Source: Octopus vulgaris
Taxonomy: Eukaryota
DNA length: 64,000 nt
NCBI GenBank assembly: GCA_951406725.2
Contig: OX597832.1
Coordinates: forward strand, 63,364,001-63,428,000
Direction of reading: 5' to 3'
The notes under the pieces were generated by a model. The model had not been told where the DNA came from. It ran no database searches and was given only the letters and a program-made list of their open reading frames with translations. The position numbers and the translations under genes are program-made. Below, one piece after another: positions 25,445 to 38,817 of this stretch (position 1 is its first letter; every line of letters begins with the position of its first letter).

Positions 25445-26215
25445 TATGTGCGTGGATGGGTAGATAGATAGATAGATGTGACAATGTGGTTATGAAGTTT
25501 ACTTCCTAACCGCTTGGTTTTAGGTTCAATCCCATTGTGTGGCACCTGGAGCAATGATCTGAGCTTACCAAATCCTTTGTGTGTATATCCATGTGTGCAT
25601 GTGTGTCCCCTTGTCTTGACACCGTATGATAGTAATAAATGAGTGCCACCATCATGCAAGCAGTGTCATTCATTTCTAAATATTCTACAAAAACATGTAT
25701 TGGCAATAGGTAAGGGTTAGTGACAGGAAGAACATCAGCCCATAGAAAATCTGCCTCAATAAATTTTCATCCAAATCATGAAAGCATGGAATGATATATG
25801 TTATCCTTATATCTCTTGTACAGTAGGGCACTTATCACTGTCCCTTTATTATTTTTTTAACCTCTCATCAACTGACACAAAGCCTTAATACTACTCCTTC
25901 CTCCATTCAAGGGGACTTTGTCTTGTTTAGCAAGTTACTTGGTGGCCCCACCGGCGCTGGTGCCATGAAAAAGGTACCCACTACATTCTGTAAAGTGGTT
26001 GGTGTAAGGGAAGGGTATCCAGCAGTAGAAACCATGGCAAGACAGACAATAGAGCCAGCTTGCCCGATGGCAAGTGGGGCCCTCCGCCATTATAATCCAT
26101 ATATGGGGGCCCATGTTTAGTATCTAAGGGGCCCGTCCCCTCAAGTTTGATAATTTTTTATTCACTCCTGGAAGAATGAATTATTTCATCCTGGCTGCGT
26201 TATAAAATGATGGCA

Positions 26216-26483
26216 TTGTAGTTGCGGGTGGGCCCCCTTGTAGTTGGAGGTGAGCCCCCTTGTAGTTGTGGGTGGGTCCCCTTGTAGTTGCGGGTAGGTC
26301 CCCTTGTAGTTGTGGGTGGGCACCCTTGTAGTTGTGGGTGGGCCTCCTTGTAGTTGCGGGAGGGCCTCCTTGTAGTTGCAGGTGGGCCTTCTTGTAGTTG
26401 CAGGTGGGTCCCCTTGTAGTTGTGGGTGGCCCCCCTTGTAGTTGCAGGTGGGCCCCCTTGTAGTTGCGGGTGGGCCCCCTTAG
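26216..26483 (+). repeat. GC-rich 21-22 bp minisatellite (~12 copies)
   Basis: cttgtagttg(c/t)gggtgggccc(c) tandem. Confidence 0.92.
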
Positions 26484-29400
26484 TATCCAATATTTTTAGA
26501 CCCAGTCCACCACTGCTAATATTTATTGTATTTTTAGAAATAAAATTATAAATTAGAGGTTTTTTTTTTTCTTAAGATCTGTCAATTATCTTCTCATTTC
26601 ATAATTTAATGATGACAAAGTTGCTTTGCTAAATTCTTCATTATATTTCCAAGATTAATTGAAACCAAAGCAGTCCATCTCAACAGAAATATGGTAGCAA
26701 AGGAGATATTTAGTCCCATACCCCATCTGTTCAGACTTAGCAAAAAATAACAAAAAAGAAGTGTTTAATTTTTGTTTTTCTGTCTTTATTTACCTAACTA
26801 CTTCACCAGCTACCTACCTATGTACCTACTTACCTTCATATTGATCAATCTACCCACCTGTCTGTTTTGACTAAACCAGGTAAAAATATCTCGGTTAATG
26901 AAAAGTTTGACAAGGGACTGACAAATATTTGGTTTAAATACCAGTGCTGGAGATTCCTATCCCCCCTCCCCCTCATTTATTCCATCCTTATTCAGTTTCT
27001 AGAATTTTACCCAAATTATTCTGTCAAATGTAATACTTTTTCATTCAAATTGTTTTTAATTAATCATGGATTATTTTGTAATTTCAAAATTTTGAAGATG
27101 TGATCATCATCATCATAATCATCATTTAGCGTCTGTTGTCCAGGCCGGCATGGGTTGGATGGTTTGACTGGGCTGGCACACTGGTACGCTGCACCAGACT
27201 CCTGTCTGATCTAGCATGGTTTTCTACAGCCAGATGCCCTTCCTAACGCCAACCACTCTGAGAGTGTAATGGCATTAAAGGTTAGGTGTGACAGGTCGGA
27301 TCTGGCTGGTTAAAACATAGAACAGGTAGCATATTTGGGCCAGATATGGTCGATTTAAATGCTAAATGGTTAATTACAAACCACATGAGGTTGCACTCTG
27401 ATTAACACATTCAGATCAAGATAACAAGGGAGCCTCTATACCATTGTTTCTCAATTTTTTCTTAATTGACTTATGTTCTACTTTCTCTGGTGTGGCCCCC
27501 TAAAAAATTCCTACTCAGTTGAGCTACTTGCTAGAAATAGCATCTACGTTTTTTTTTGGATTATTTTCTCCATCTTACTGACCACAAAGAAACATTAGAA
27601 AATGCTGTCCTAGACACACTACAACAGAAAAAGTCATGGGTAAGTCATAACTAGAATACTTTTAGAATCCTGTTGCCTCTTACACCTCCACCTAACACTT
27701 CCGTATGCCTCAGTCAAAGAAGGAGTGTCTGTGTGATCAGCCAGCCTTCTAAAAATAGCAGCTATATCTTTCTAATCATGTATTACATCATCATTATGTT
27801 ATGTGCAATTTTCCATGTTTACAATCAGCTCAAGATAATGAGTGAGTCCTGATACAGTTGAAGTTGCTAGAAATAGTAGTCAAATTTATTTCAAATAACA
27901 TTCTACCATCTTACAAAAAGAAAAAACAAGGACACATTGAACAATATAATCCTAAATACACTATGACCAAAACATTTGTGAGATAGTCAAAGCTAGAATG
28001 CTTTTAGATTATAGGTCCCCAGATCAGATCAAGCAGGGGTTAAACTACAAGAATAAGATGAGGAGATGATCAGCTGAGAACTAAGAGGAATTCCTGCCAT
28101 CTTTTATACCTCTGCTTCTACTTAACATAATTTTTATACACAAGCCAGTGAGGGAGCCTCTATGTAATTGATCGACCTGCCAGAGATAGCAGCTAAATTC
28201 CTCAAATCCTGTTTTAAATTATCATTATATTACCATCCACTTTTCCATAATTGCATAGGTTGGACAGATTCTCTATGACTGGATACCTTTCCTGTCAACA
28301 ACACTCGCCTGTTTCCAGGCAAAGTAATATTTCCCCTTGACTAGACATGGAAGATAAAAGACGAAGGACACTGCTTGTAGGGCTGTGACACTTGTTCACA
28401 ACAATAATGTCATGACAAGGAAACATACATACACTCTCACGCATATAACATATACATATACACACACATAGGTGCAGGAGTGGCTGTGTGGTAAGAAGCT
28501 TACTTCCCAACTACATGTTTGTGGGTTCAGTCCCACAGCATGGCACCTTGGGCAAGTGTCTTCTACTATAGCCTCAGACCAACCAAAGCCTTGTGAGTAG
28601 ATTTGGAAGACGGAAACTGAAAGAAGCCCATCATATATATGTGTGTGTGTTTGTCCCCCACCATCGCTTGACACTGATGCTGGTGTGTTTACGTACCTGT
28701 AACTTAGCAGTTCAGCAAAGGAGACTGATAGAATAATTACTAGGCTTACAAAGAATAAGTTCTAAGGTTGATTTGGTTAATTAAAAGGGAGTGCTCCAAC
28801 ATGGCCACAGTCACATAATTGAAACAAAGTAAAAGAATAAAAGTATAATATACTCACGCATCACACAATGCATACACGAATACACATACACACGTAAACA
28901 CAAATGCACATACATACACACACACATAAACGTACTGTCTTTCAGACACACACACTTAATATTGAGTTCTCTTACTCTTGTTTTTTCCAACATACCCTGA
29001 TGAGTGTGTGTGTGTGTCTTAGTAGAATTGGTTGTGTGGTGAAGATGTTCACTTCCCAAACATGTCGTTTCAGGTTCAGTCCCACTGCATGGCACCTTGG
29101 TCAAGTATCTTCTACTATAGCTATGATCCAACCAAAGCATGGTAGGTGGATTTAGGGGATAAGAAACTGAAAGAAGCTTTGTGTGTGTATGTGTCTGTCA
29201 GTCTGTTTGTGTGTGTGTGTGTATGTGTGTCTGTTTTTTGTGTGTATGTGTGTCTGTTTTTTGTGTGTATGTGTGTATGTTCGTGTGCCTGTTTTTGTGT
29301 GTGTGTGTGTCCTCTCCTTGTCATTTCACAGTATGGCAGTTATAAGTAAGCATCAGCATCATATGAACTGTGTTGTTCATTTCAAATCTTTTGTGGAAAA

Positions 29401-30228
29401 ACATATGTGGTCTTGGGAAAAGATCATCTTGTTCAGACGGAGATAAGGGTTAGGAACAGGAATGAGATGTGACCATAGGAAATCTGCCACAAGTGGACAT
29501 TAAAATGATGATAATGAAAACAAGGAGAACAATTTCTCTTTAAAAAAACAACTGTATTTACAAATCAAGACAAAGATAGTTAACATGATGTTTAGTATTT
29601 GTGTTTGAAGATATTTTGAGAAATATTGAAAAATGTTATAAATGGTTCTGCTTACATTAACGCTTTTGGAACTAACTTGCCTGAGACCACTTTGGGTTCT
29701 ATGTTACACACTTCCTGATTTAAAGTGATGGAAATTAAAGCCTTCCATCAAAATTTTATGTTAATTTATGGTTTAACGTAGAACATAAATTAACTACACC
29801 TTAATAATGACAAAATTGGTTTATTCAGTTTGTCATCATTCTAAAAATTAATTGAAATAAAAGCAATATATTCCAACAGAAATATGGTAACAAAAGTGTT
29901 AAAGTAACTAACTCTTGTATAAATCTGTTTTGTAGGCTTAACTGAGGTTGATACGTTTTTGTAGAGGAGATCACACAGTAACTAACAGTCAACAGAGGTG
30001 GGGGTGGGTGTTGAAGGAAAAAAATAAAGTAGGTGAAAGAGGAAAGATGGGAAAAGTTCAAGTGAAGCAATTTCAGATGTCAACACATGTGATGGGAGAC
30101 AAACATGGCATTAGGAAGGGGATGCAGCCAAAGAAACCATGCCCACAACAGACAGGTGGAGTCTGGACAGCTCCCTGCAAGCCAGCTCCAAGTTAAACAG
30201 TCCAACCCATGTAATATACATATATATA

Positions 30229-30724
30229 CAGTAACCACTCACCATATCGCAGTTTACCTGTTGTGCCTGCAGTACATCGTGAGTTGTTCTGGTTAATATA
30301 TGTAAATTTATATTGCGGACTCCTCAGTATACTACGGGTTTCTGCAGCCGATAGGTATTTATATTTTTTTAGATTTAAATTTTTATCTGTAGTAAAACAA
30401 GCATTTTTACGTCTAAAAATTAATGAATTAATAAATAGTAATACAATACTACTGCACTGTGTAACACATTAATTAAGATGCATTAAAAGATAATACGTAG
30501 AGTACCATCGATGAGTAAAAACAAAGAGTTGCACATACTGTATGGAAAACAAAACTCAGGAGGCGAGTGTGTGGTGTTGTTTTGCATTTATAATCAAATA
30601 AATATATACAAATAATAAAAATAATTAAAAAAATATACAGTACAGTACTGTTTCTACTTCGCAGATTCTCCCCTATTTTGGCGGGTTTTGGCATGTAACA
30701 CCCACAATAGTCGAGGGATTACTG
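30229..30724. mobile_element. pogo/Tigger-like MITE (shorter relatives at about 36536-36757 and 54498-54694)
   Basis: TA|cagtaaccactc ... cgagggattactg|TA; shared interior tggtgttgttttgca.ttataat. Confidence 0.75.
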
Positions 30725-30808
30725 TATGTGTGTGTGTATGTGTATATGTATTCATGTATGTATATATACATGAACGTGTGTGTATATGAGTGCATCTATG
30801 TATATATA

Positions 30809-30985
30809 GGCGCAGGAGTGGCTCTGTGGTAAGTAGCTTGCTTACCAACCACATGGCTCCGGGTTCAGTCCCACTGCACGGCACCATGGGCAAGTGTCTT
30901 CTACTATAGCCTCGGGCCAACCAAAGCCTTGTGAGGGGATTTGGTAGCTGGAAACTGAAAGAAGCTCGTCGTTTATGTATGTGTA

Positions 30986-31041
<56 letters not shown>

Positions 31042-31042
31042 C

Positions 31043-31076
<34 letters not shown>

Positions 31077-31255
31077 CTGTATTTGTCCCCAAACATCGCT
31101 TGACAAATGATGCTGGTGTGTTTGCATCCCCGTAACTTAGCAGTTCGGGAAAAGAGACCGATAGAATAAGTCCTGGGGTCAATTTCTTCGACTAAAAAGG
31201 TGGTGCTCCAGCATGGTTGCAGTCAAATGACTGAAACAAGTGAAAGAGTAAAATA
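30809..31255 (+). mobile_element. Abundant tRNA-derived SINE family. Other copies at about 9944-10090(-), 19255-19410, 28471-28840, 29030-29180, 32335-32470, 35084-35225, 50217-50562(-), 51497-51662(-), 53310-53690(-), 59390-59670, 62790-62915(-)
   Basis: ggcgcaggagtggctgtgtggtaag...gggttcagtcccactg...ttgggcaagtgtcttctactatagc...gaaactgaaagaagc, an internal microsatellite, and a tail ending gactgaaacaagt. Confidence 0.85.
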
Positions 31256-32491
31256 ATATACATGTGTGTGTGTGTGTGTATATATGTGTGCATGTATGTA
31301 TACATACATGTGTGTGTGTATGTATGCATGTATATATATATACAATTGTTTGTTTGTATTCCACCTGCCTTCGTCTTTTGTTTATTTTCATATAGCTTCC
31401 CGTTATATATGTATATATACATGTATGTGTGTGTGTGTGTATAACTATATAATATGAATGTATAGGTGTGTGTATGTTTGTATATCCAAACAAAGCTGAT
31501 GATTCATTCTGCTGTGACTCTGGGAGTTTCCCTTGTCTCTGCCATTCTTTTGTCACCTGAAAACTTGATTCAAAACAGGTAACACCTCTACATTTATTAT
31601 TAAATACTTTTTCCCTACTAATATACCCCAACACACCTATTTATATATATATTACATTTATGTATCTAGGTTTAGTATATTTTCTTTTCATATTGCCGTT
31701 GATCAAGCAATTGACAATTTGTGTTTGTGAAAACAGTATTGAATGTCATAATAAAAAGCTATTTGGTCAATGTTACATCCATTTTCTTTCATGCTGGAAT
31801 GATTATGATTTGAAACAGGTTTCTCCCCTATGCAGCATCTTAGTACTATTCACAACACCTCATTGTGTGATAAACACAGCAAAGAAAAACCACCAATTTT
31901 TGTTATTGAGTACACACCATGGTTTATTTATGTAGTTGTTCGTATGTGTGTGTTTATAAAAGGGCAACGTATAAAGCTTTCAATCCTTGAGTTATTTTGT
32001 AATTTCTGCCAATTATAAATAAAATGTGCACAAACATGTTTGGGGTCGTATTAATATTTTTGTTCAACCAAACCTAGGCACACACATACAGATATATTAT
32101 ATACACAGACCGACACCCTCCTAAAAATGTATAATGTGTATATGTATATATGTATGTATATGTGTGTGTGCATGTATGTAAATATATGCACATGTGTGTG
32201 TGTGTGTGTGAGTGTATATGTAACATTTTTGAAACTTTAGAATATTTTCTTAGCATATTACTCACATGTTGAACAAGCATTGCTATTTACATGTCATAAA
32301 ATGGCTAAAACTGCTGGTGAAAATGTTTAAGTGTTAAGATGTTTGCTCCCCAACCACATGGTTTCAGGTTCAATCCTACAGCATGGCAGGTATCTTCTAC
32401 AATAATCCTGGGCCATGCAAAGCCATGTCAATGAATTTGGTAGGTAGAAACTGAAAGAAACCCCTTGTATGAGTGTGCCTGCATGTGTGTA

Positions 32492-32528
<37 letters not shown>

Positions 32529-32952
32529 GGGTAGGTGTAAAGGTATACAGTAAGTCTCACATGTTATAATACTTAATTAAAATTTTCTGGGTGTCCTGCT
32601 ATTGGATGTCAGCTGGATGACTTTCCTCGGATATCTCTGGTGGTGTATTTCCAGTCTGTTGAGATCTTGTCTAAATTCTTTTATTCTTTTACTTGTTTCA
32701 GTCATTTGACTGTGGCTATGCTAGAGCACCACCTTTAGTCAAACAAATTGTAAGCCGAGTACTTATTCTATCAGTCTCTCTTGCCTAACTGCTAAGTTAT
32801 GGGGATATAAGCACACCAGCATCAGTTGTCAAGCGATATGTTGTGTGTTCTCTGGTATTCAACTATTTTACACTATATTCTTCACATGGAACACAACAAC
32901 TTTGCTAGACATGATGATGATGGTGTTTTAATTGAAAAATATATGAGCAGGG

Positions 32953-32985
<33 letters not shown>

Positions 32986-33077
32986 TAGGGAGAGTGAATG
33001 AGTGAGTCAATGCAAAAGAGAGCAGAGGATATGTAATGATTCAGATAGATAGATAGATTGATAGATTGACAGATATG

Positions 33078-33145
<68 letters not shown>

Positions 33146-33499
33146 CAGATATGTAGATAGATAGATAGATAGATAGATAGGCAGATAGATAGATATGTTT
33201 CTTTATTAGCCACACAGGGCTGCACACAGACGGGACAGATTACAAAGTAGAGCTTTTCTTTTTGGGGAGGAAAAAAAAGTGGGGTAGGTTTTTGATCAAA
33301 AGGGAGTGTAAAAGGGGGGAAAAAAGGGAAAGAAAAAAAAGAAAACGAAAAAAAACGATCAATAGGGATCACAGAAATGTCATGATGTAAAGTGTAAAGT
33401 GGGAAGCAAATAAGGTTTATCCATGGAAAGAAAAGTCTACGGAAAAGACCACAGTAACCTCGGTCAATAATGTTACATGTTACCACATTTGTTTGCAAG

Positions 33500-34101
33500 T
33501 AGGTAACCCTCTGTTTTAAATTTTTCCTGGTTCATAGGATTATGCTCAATGTGGTTTCTTCATTCATACATGCCATCCTTGCTACATTCACCCATCTTTT
33601 TTTTAAACATTCGCTAGACAAAACTTACCTCTCTATTCTCATTTTCCTTTTCAAGTGATACTTGAAGAAGTTGATGAGAGATTGACCAGAGAGGAAAGTG
33701 TTTGTCTCCAATCCTTTCAGACGTGTCCACCAGATACATTCTTTCGCCATAGCCACAAGAATGATGAAAATAGCTCTTCCTTCCCGTTTGAAGGAAGGAG
33801 GCGTGACAATATTGACAATAGACTCAGCTGATAAACCAACTCGTCCCACACATGACAGCAGTCGTTTGACATAAGCCCACAGGTCAGAAATTGTTGGACA
33901 CTGCACGAGTGCGTGCAGAACAGTTTCATCGCTCTGGCCACATCTTGGGCAAGTCGGCCCCGTGTTTCTCGAGCCGTGTCTGTAGATCTTATCCAGAACA
34001 GGTAGCGCTTCTCGGTAGCACTGCCAGGCCAGGGATCTCTGAAAGTTGTCCATGGGCCCTGGCCCGAAAGTCATCCTGAACAGGCGAGTCAGGTATTCCG
34101 A
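33500..34101 (-). mobile_element. L1/Tx1-like LINE C-terminal fragment (second remnant at 37101-37420, + strand)
   Basis: SLAWQCYREALPV...CPRCGQSDETVLHALVQC...IWWTR (C-x2-C-x8-H-x4-C knuckle typical of the L1/Tx1 ORF2 C-terminus). Confidence 0.8.
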
Positions 34102-34103
34102 TG

Positions 34104-34141
<38 letters not shown>

Positions 34142-35428
34142 CAGGCAGGCAGGCAGACGAACAGGCAGGCAGATGGATAGGCAGATAGATAGATAGACAT
34201 CTGACTGAAGAAATATGAGAATGTATTGAAGTTATTGTATTGGTGAAAGACATTATCAGTAGTTTAATAAAAATATATTGACTTTTGTCTCTATAACATG
34301 TTGAGTACTTGAAATACAACTCCATCCAAATGTGTTGAGTGTTTTTTTTTTTCCAGTTTTTTTTTTCAGCTATCTGAGAAATAAATACAGAAACACACAT
34401 ACACACACACATTAATGCTTGTTTCTTTGTCACGTTGTAATAAAACCAATTTAACATTAAACCGATGAAATTAATACTTTTTGTAGAGTTCATATTTTCT
34501 ATGCTTTTGCAAGAAGAGAGGTGACAGTAACTTCGAAGTTTCAGTTAGCTAGCCTTCATCAGACTCTGAATCCATCAGAGGCTAGCAGGACAAAATTTTG
34601 AAATTGCAATCACTCTCACCTCTCTTCTTGTAAAAGTACAATACATATCATCATCGTCGTCATCGTTTAACGTCTGCTTTCCATGCTAGCATGGGTTGGA
34701 TGGTTTAACTGTGGGCTGGCGAACCAGATGGCTGCACCAGGCTCCAGTCTTGATCTGGCAGAGTTTCTACAGCTGGATGCCCTTCCTAATGCCAACCACT
34801 CTGAGAGTGTAGTGGGTGCTTGAATTTTTTTACACATGCCAACGGCACAGGTGCCAGTAAGGCGATGCTGGTAACGATCCCGCTTGAATGGTGCCTCCTA
34901 CATGCAGCCCACAAGGTAGCCAGTTAGCCGCTCTGGCAACGATCACGCTCAGATGGTGCTCTTAGCACCCTACTAGCACAGGGCACAAGTGCCAGTAAGG
35001 CGAGGCTGGCAACGATCACACTCGAATGGTGCCTTTTGTGTGCCACTGGCACGGAAACCGGTTATATATATATATATATATATGGTGCAGGCATGGCTGT
35101 GGGGTAAGAAGCTTACTTCCCAACCACATGGTTCCAGGTTCAGTCCCACTGCAAGGCACCTTGGGCAAGTGTCTTCTACTATAGCTTCTGGCTGACCAAA
35201 GCCTTGTGAGTGGATTTGGTAGACAGATCTATCTATCTGTCTGTCTATTTATCTGTCTATCTATCAATCTGTCTGTCTAATTGTCTATCTGTCTATTTAT
35301 CTATCTCTATTTGTCTGTCTGACTGTCTATCTATCTATCTATCTATCTATCACATCAGTGTGCATGTGTGTGTGTGTTAATACATTCCATTATTGCTGTT
35401 ATTCTCATTGCTGTCCTTTCTTTTGTAG

Positions 35429-35572
35429 GAACACCGATTATACAAGAAGTAGGAGAGGATGTCGTGGTAACAGCTAGAGGTGAAGGACTTCGTAAAGGGG
35501 TATCAGGGAAAGAAGCCATTTTCTATATTGATTCTTCAGGCAAACAAGGAGATATATTTGTAGAAGTTGATG
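35429..35572 (+). CDS. Filamin-like exon 2 (start of Ig-like repeat 1)
   Basis: ttttgtag|GA...GATG|gtgag; (G)TPIIQEVGEDVVVTARGEGLRKGVSGKEAIFYIDSSGKQGDIFVEVDG; 144 nt. Confidence 0.93.
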
Positions 35573-38180
35573 GTGAGAATTGAATTAATGTTGATCTTCA
35601 AGTTTCTGGACGCAAATACCTTTGAATGTGTGTGTGTGTGTCTGTGTGGACAGGTATGTGGTCATAACATAGTTTGAGACATGTTTACATTAGTGTGTGC
35701 GTGCATGCATACTTAACATAATTTATAAACATCTGTGTGTGTTCGTGTGTACACGTATATCTAACATAGTTTATAAACATGCGTTTGAATATTAGTTGTA
35801 TATATATATATATATATGTGTGTGTGAGTGTGTGTGTATGTTTAAAACAGTTTATCAACAGCTGTGTTGTGTGCTAAGATGTCTGTGTGTGTGCATATAC
35901 TTAACATAATTTATAGATATCTGTTAACATGTGTATATATGTAACTGTTTATTTAACACACTTGATAATCATCTGTGTTTGTATGGATTTCTTTTATCAA
36001 ATGGATTTCTTTGAATAAAATGTTTTTCTTTTTTGACATAAAAATGACTAAATGGCTAAGATACTAAACAACCAGTCTGTTGATGGTGATTCATATGTCC
36101 GGTCACTGGTACTGTATACTGTATCCATGGCCAAGACAGTTACCTCACAAATGGCTCAGTCCTTATCCACCAAAAGTTATACTTAGATACATGGCTGGTA
36201 TGACCAACACATGACCCAGTTTAACACTCGCTGCATCAAGACAGGCATCCTATTTTAACCCTTTAGCATTTAAACTAACCCAACTCAACCCAAACTATTC
36301 TGTCTGTTTTTATGTTCAAACTGGCCAGATCCAACCTCTCACACCTACCTTACAATGTCATTCTAAAAATAAACAGTCACATCATTGAAATCTCAAAGAT
36401 AATGCATGATTAATTCAAAATAATGTGGATAAATAAGCATTACATTTGGCAGAGGAATGTGAATACCAAAGGTTTTAAATACTGACTCAGTTTCTTCTAA
36501 CACATGCCAGTTAGGAAAAGCAGACATAAACGCAATAGTATTATTCCCTCGCTACATCGTGGTTCACATATAGCACTTTATTATTTAAGCTTACGTCAAT
36601 TTCTCAATGGTGTTGTTTTGAATTTATAATAAAATATATACAAATTATAAAAATAATTTAAAAAATACACAGCACAGTAGTGTTTCTACTTCGTGGATTT
36701 TCACCTGTTGCAGTGGGGTTTTGGAACGTAATACCCACAATAGTCGAGGGATTACTATAAAATATTTCATTTCTCAGAGTTCTCTAATTCACTGGCTCCT
36801 GTTAATTCTGTGAGAGCAAACAGCAACCTGTTGCCAAAGGTTTCACAGGGTCTTTTTCCCACAAATTATGAGTCTTGGTACTTGGGTGTTAGGTTTCATA
36901 GAAAATATCCAACACTCAAGATCCTAATAAAGCAGTTTTGTGGGGCATGATTTACCCTCATGTCAATTCCAATTTCACTGATGAATTTCTCGAACTGTGT
37001 TGTTAGTGCTCTAAGTGCCCCTGCAACTCCTGGGATGCCAGACACTTTCTTGCTTGGTAATGGTCTGTGTACTCATTATTATTATTATTATTATTATATT
37101 AGTGATGAAACCGTTCGGCACGCAATCGTTCAGTACCCAAGCATATCTGATATATGGGTTTATGTCGAACACCTGCTGTCGCATACAGAACATGTCCACT
37201 TGTCAGCTGACTCCATCTTGAAGATTGCCCTGCCACCTACCTTTGAGTAGAAAGGGGAGGCAATTTTTATCTGTCACATGGTTGTAGTGAAAGAGGTTGT
37301 GTGGTGATCTAGACTGAAAGGGTTGAAGATAAATACTTTTCACTTTGGCCTACCCTTCATCAACTGTTTCAGATACCATCTGAAAAGGAAAGTGAGGGTT
37401 GAGAGAGAAGTGCTGACACAGATCATCTTCCAATGTGGTGAAGATAATCTGTGTCTTTGAGAATACACTTTTGAGTTTCCAAGGCTGAGAGAGAGAAAGC
37501 TAGAGAGAGGGCTCATGCCCTAGTGGTCAGGGCACTTGAGGATTTTTCATGGGGTCTCCATGAGTAGCCCAGTGTTGCATGCCTCTTTTAAGCATTTTCT
37601 TTTGAGGTCAATTCCATAGATTTTAGGTCAATTCCAGCATATGGAACTTTGGGAAATGTCTTTTACCATAGCATGAAACTGAACAATGCTTTGTGGGTAG
37701 AATTTGGTTGATGGAAAATCTATAGAAACTGTTCATGTAAAAAGCATTTGTGTGGGTGCTTAGTGCCACATGTAAAGCACCAGTCATGGTGGCATGTAAA
37801 AAATACACAGTACATTCTGTAAAATGGTTAGTGTTAGGAAAGATACCCAGTCACAGAAACCAAGCCAAAACAGATTACATAATCTGGTACAGGCCCTGGC
37901 TTTACCAGTTCCTGCCAAACCATCCAACCCATGCCAGTTTGGGAAACAGACATTAAATGTTGATGATGATTGTAATACTAGTTTGTCTAAGTTCCATATT
38001 ACTTAAAGAATCATGGCTGTATAAGATATGACCATTTTATCTGATATCAGGAAAAGTGAGAGAGATTTGAGAAAAATTCAAGATGGCCTCTAGATGTTAT
38101 ATTCTAGACATTATATATTTGTATATACTCTTTACTCTTTCCACCTATGTGGCTGCGGTCATGCTGAAGCACTACCATGA

Positions 38181-38239
<59 letters not shown>

Positions 38240-38554
38240 TCATCATCGTTTAACATCTGCTTTCCATGCTTGGTTAGACAGTTTGACAGAGAAGTGGCGA
38301 GCCAGATGGCTGCACCAGGCTCCAATCTGGTCTAACAGTGTTTCTACAGCTGGATGCCCTTCCTAACACCAACCACTCCAAGAGTATAGTGGGTGCTTTT
38401 ATGTGCCACCAGCACGAGGGCCAATCCAGCAGCACTAACAACGACTTCGCTCGAATGTTGTTTTTCATGTGCCATCAGAATAAGTGCCTGTAGGTGACGC
38501 TGGTAATGATCACACTCAAATGGTGCTTTTTATGTGCCACCAGCATGGAAGCCA

Positions 38555-38619
<65 letters not shown>

Positions 38620-38817
38620 TAAGAGAGTGGTCACTATGTGGCTCACTCTAGCACTAGTAAATCCCACTCTCTTATATTTATTTTTGTATGAAATATTATA
38701 ATATGTTATAAAATATTATAATAATCCAGGTTTCTCGGGGCACTGGGCCACTTGGTGTTGAATAGGTATACTATTAAATTAGTATCTAATTCTCTCACCC
38801 TTATTAATTAATTATAT

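Noticed and set aside
26200-26490. 96-aa repetitive ORF
   Set aside because: Translation of the 21-bp minisatellite.
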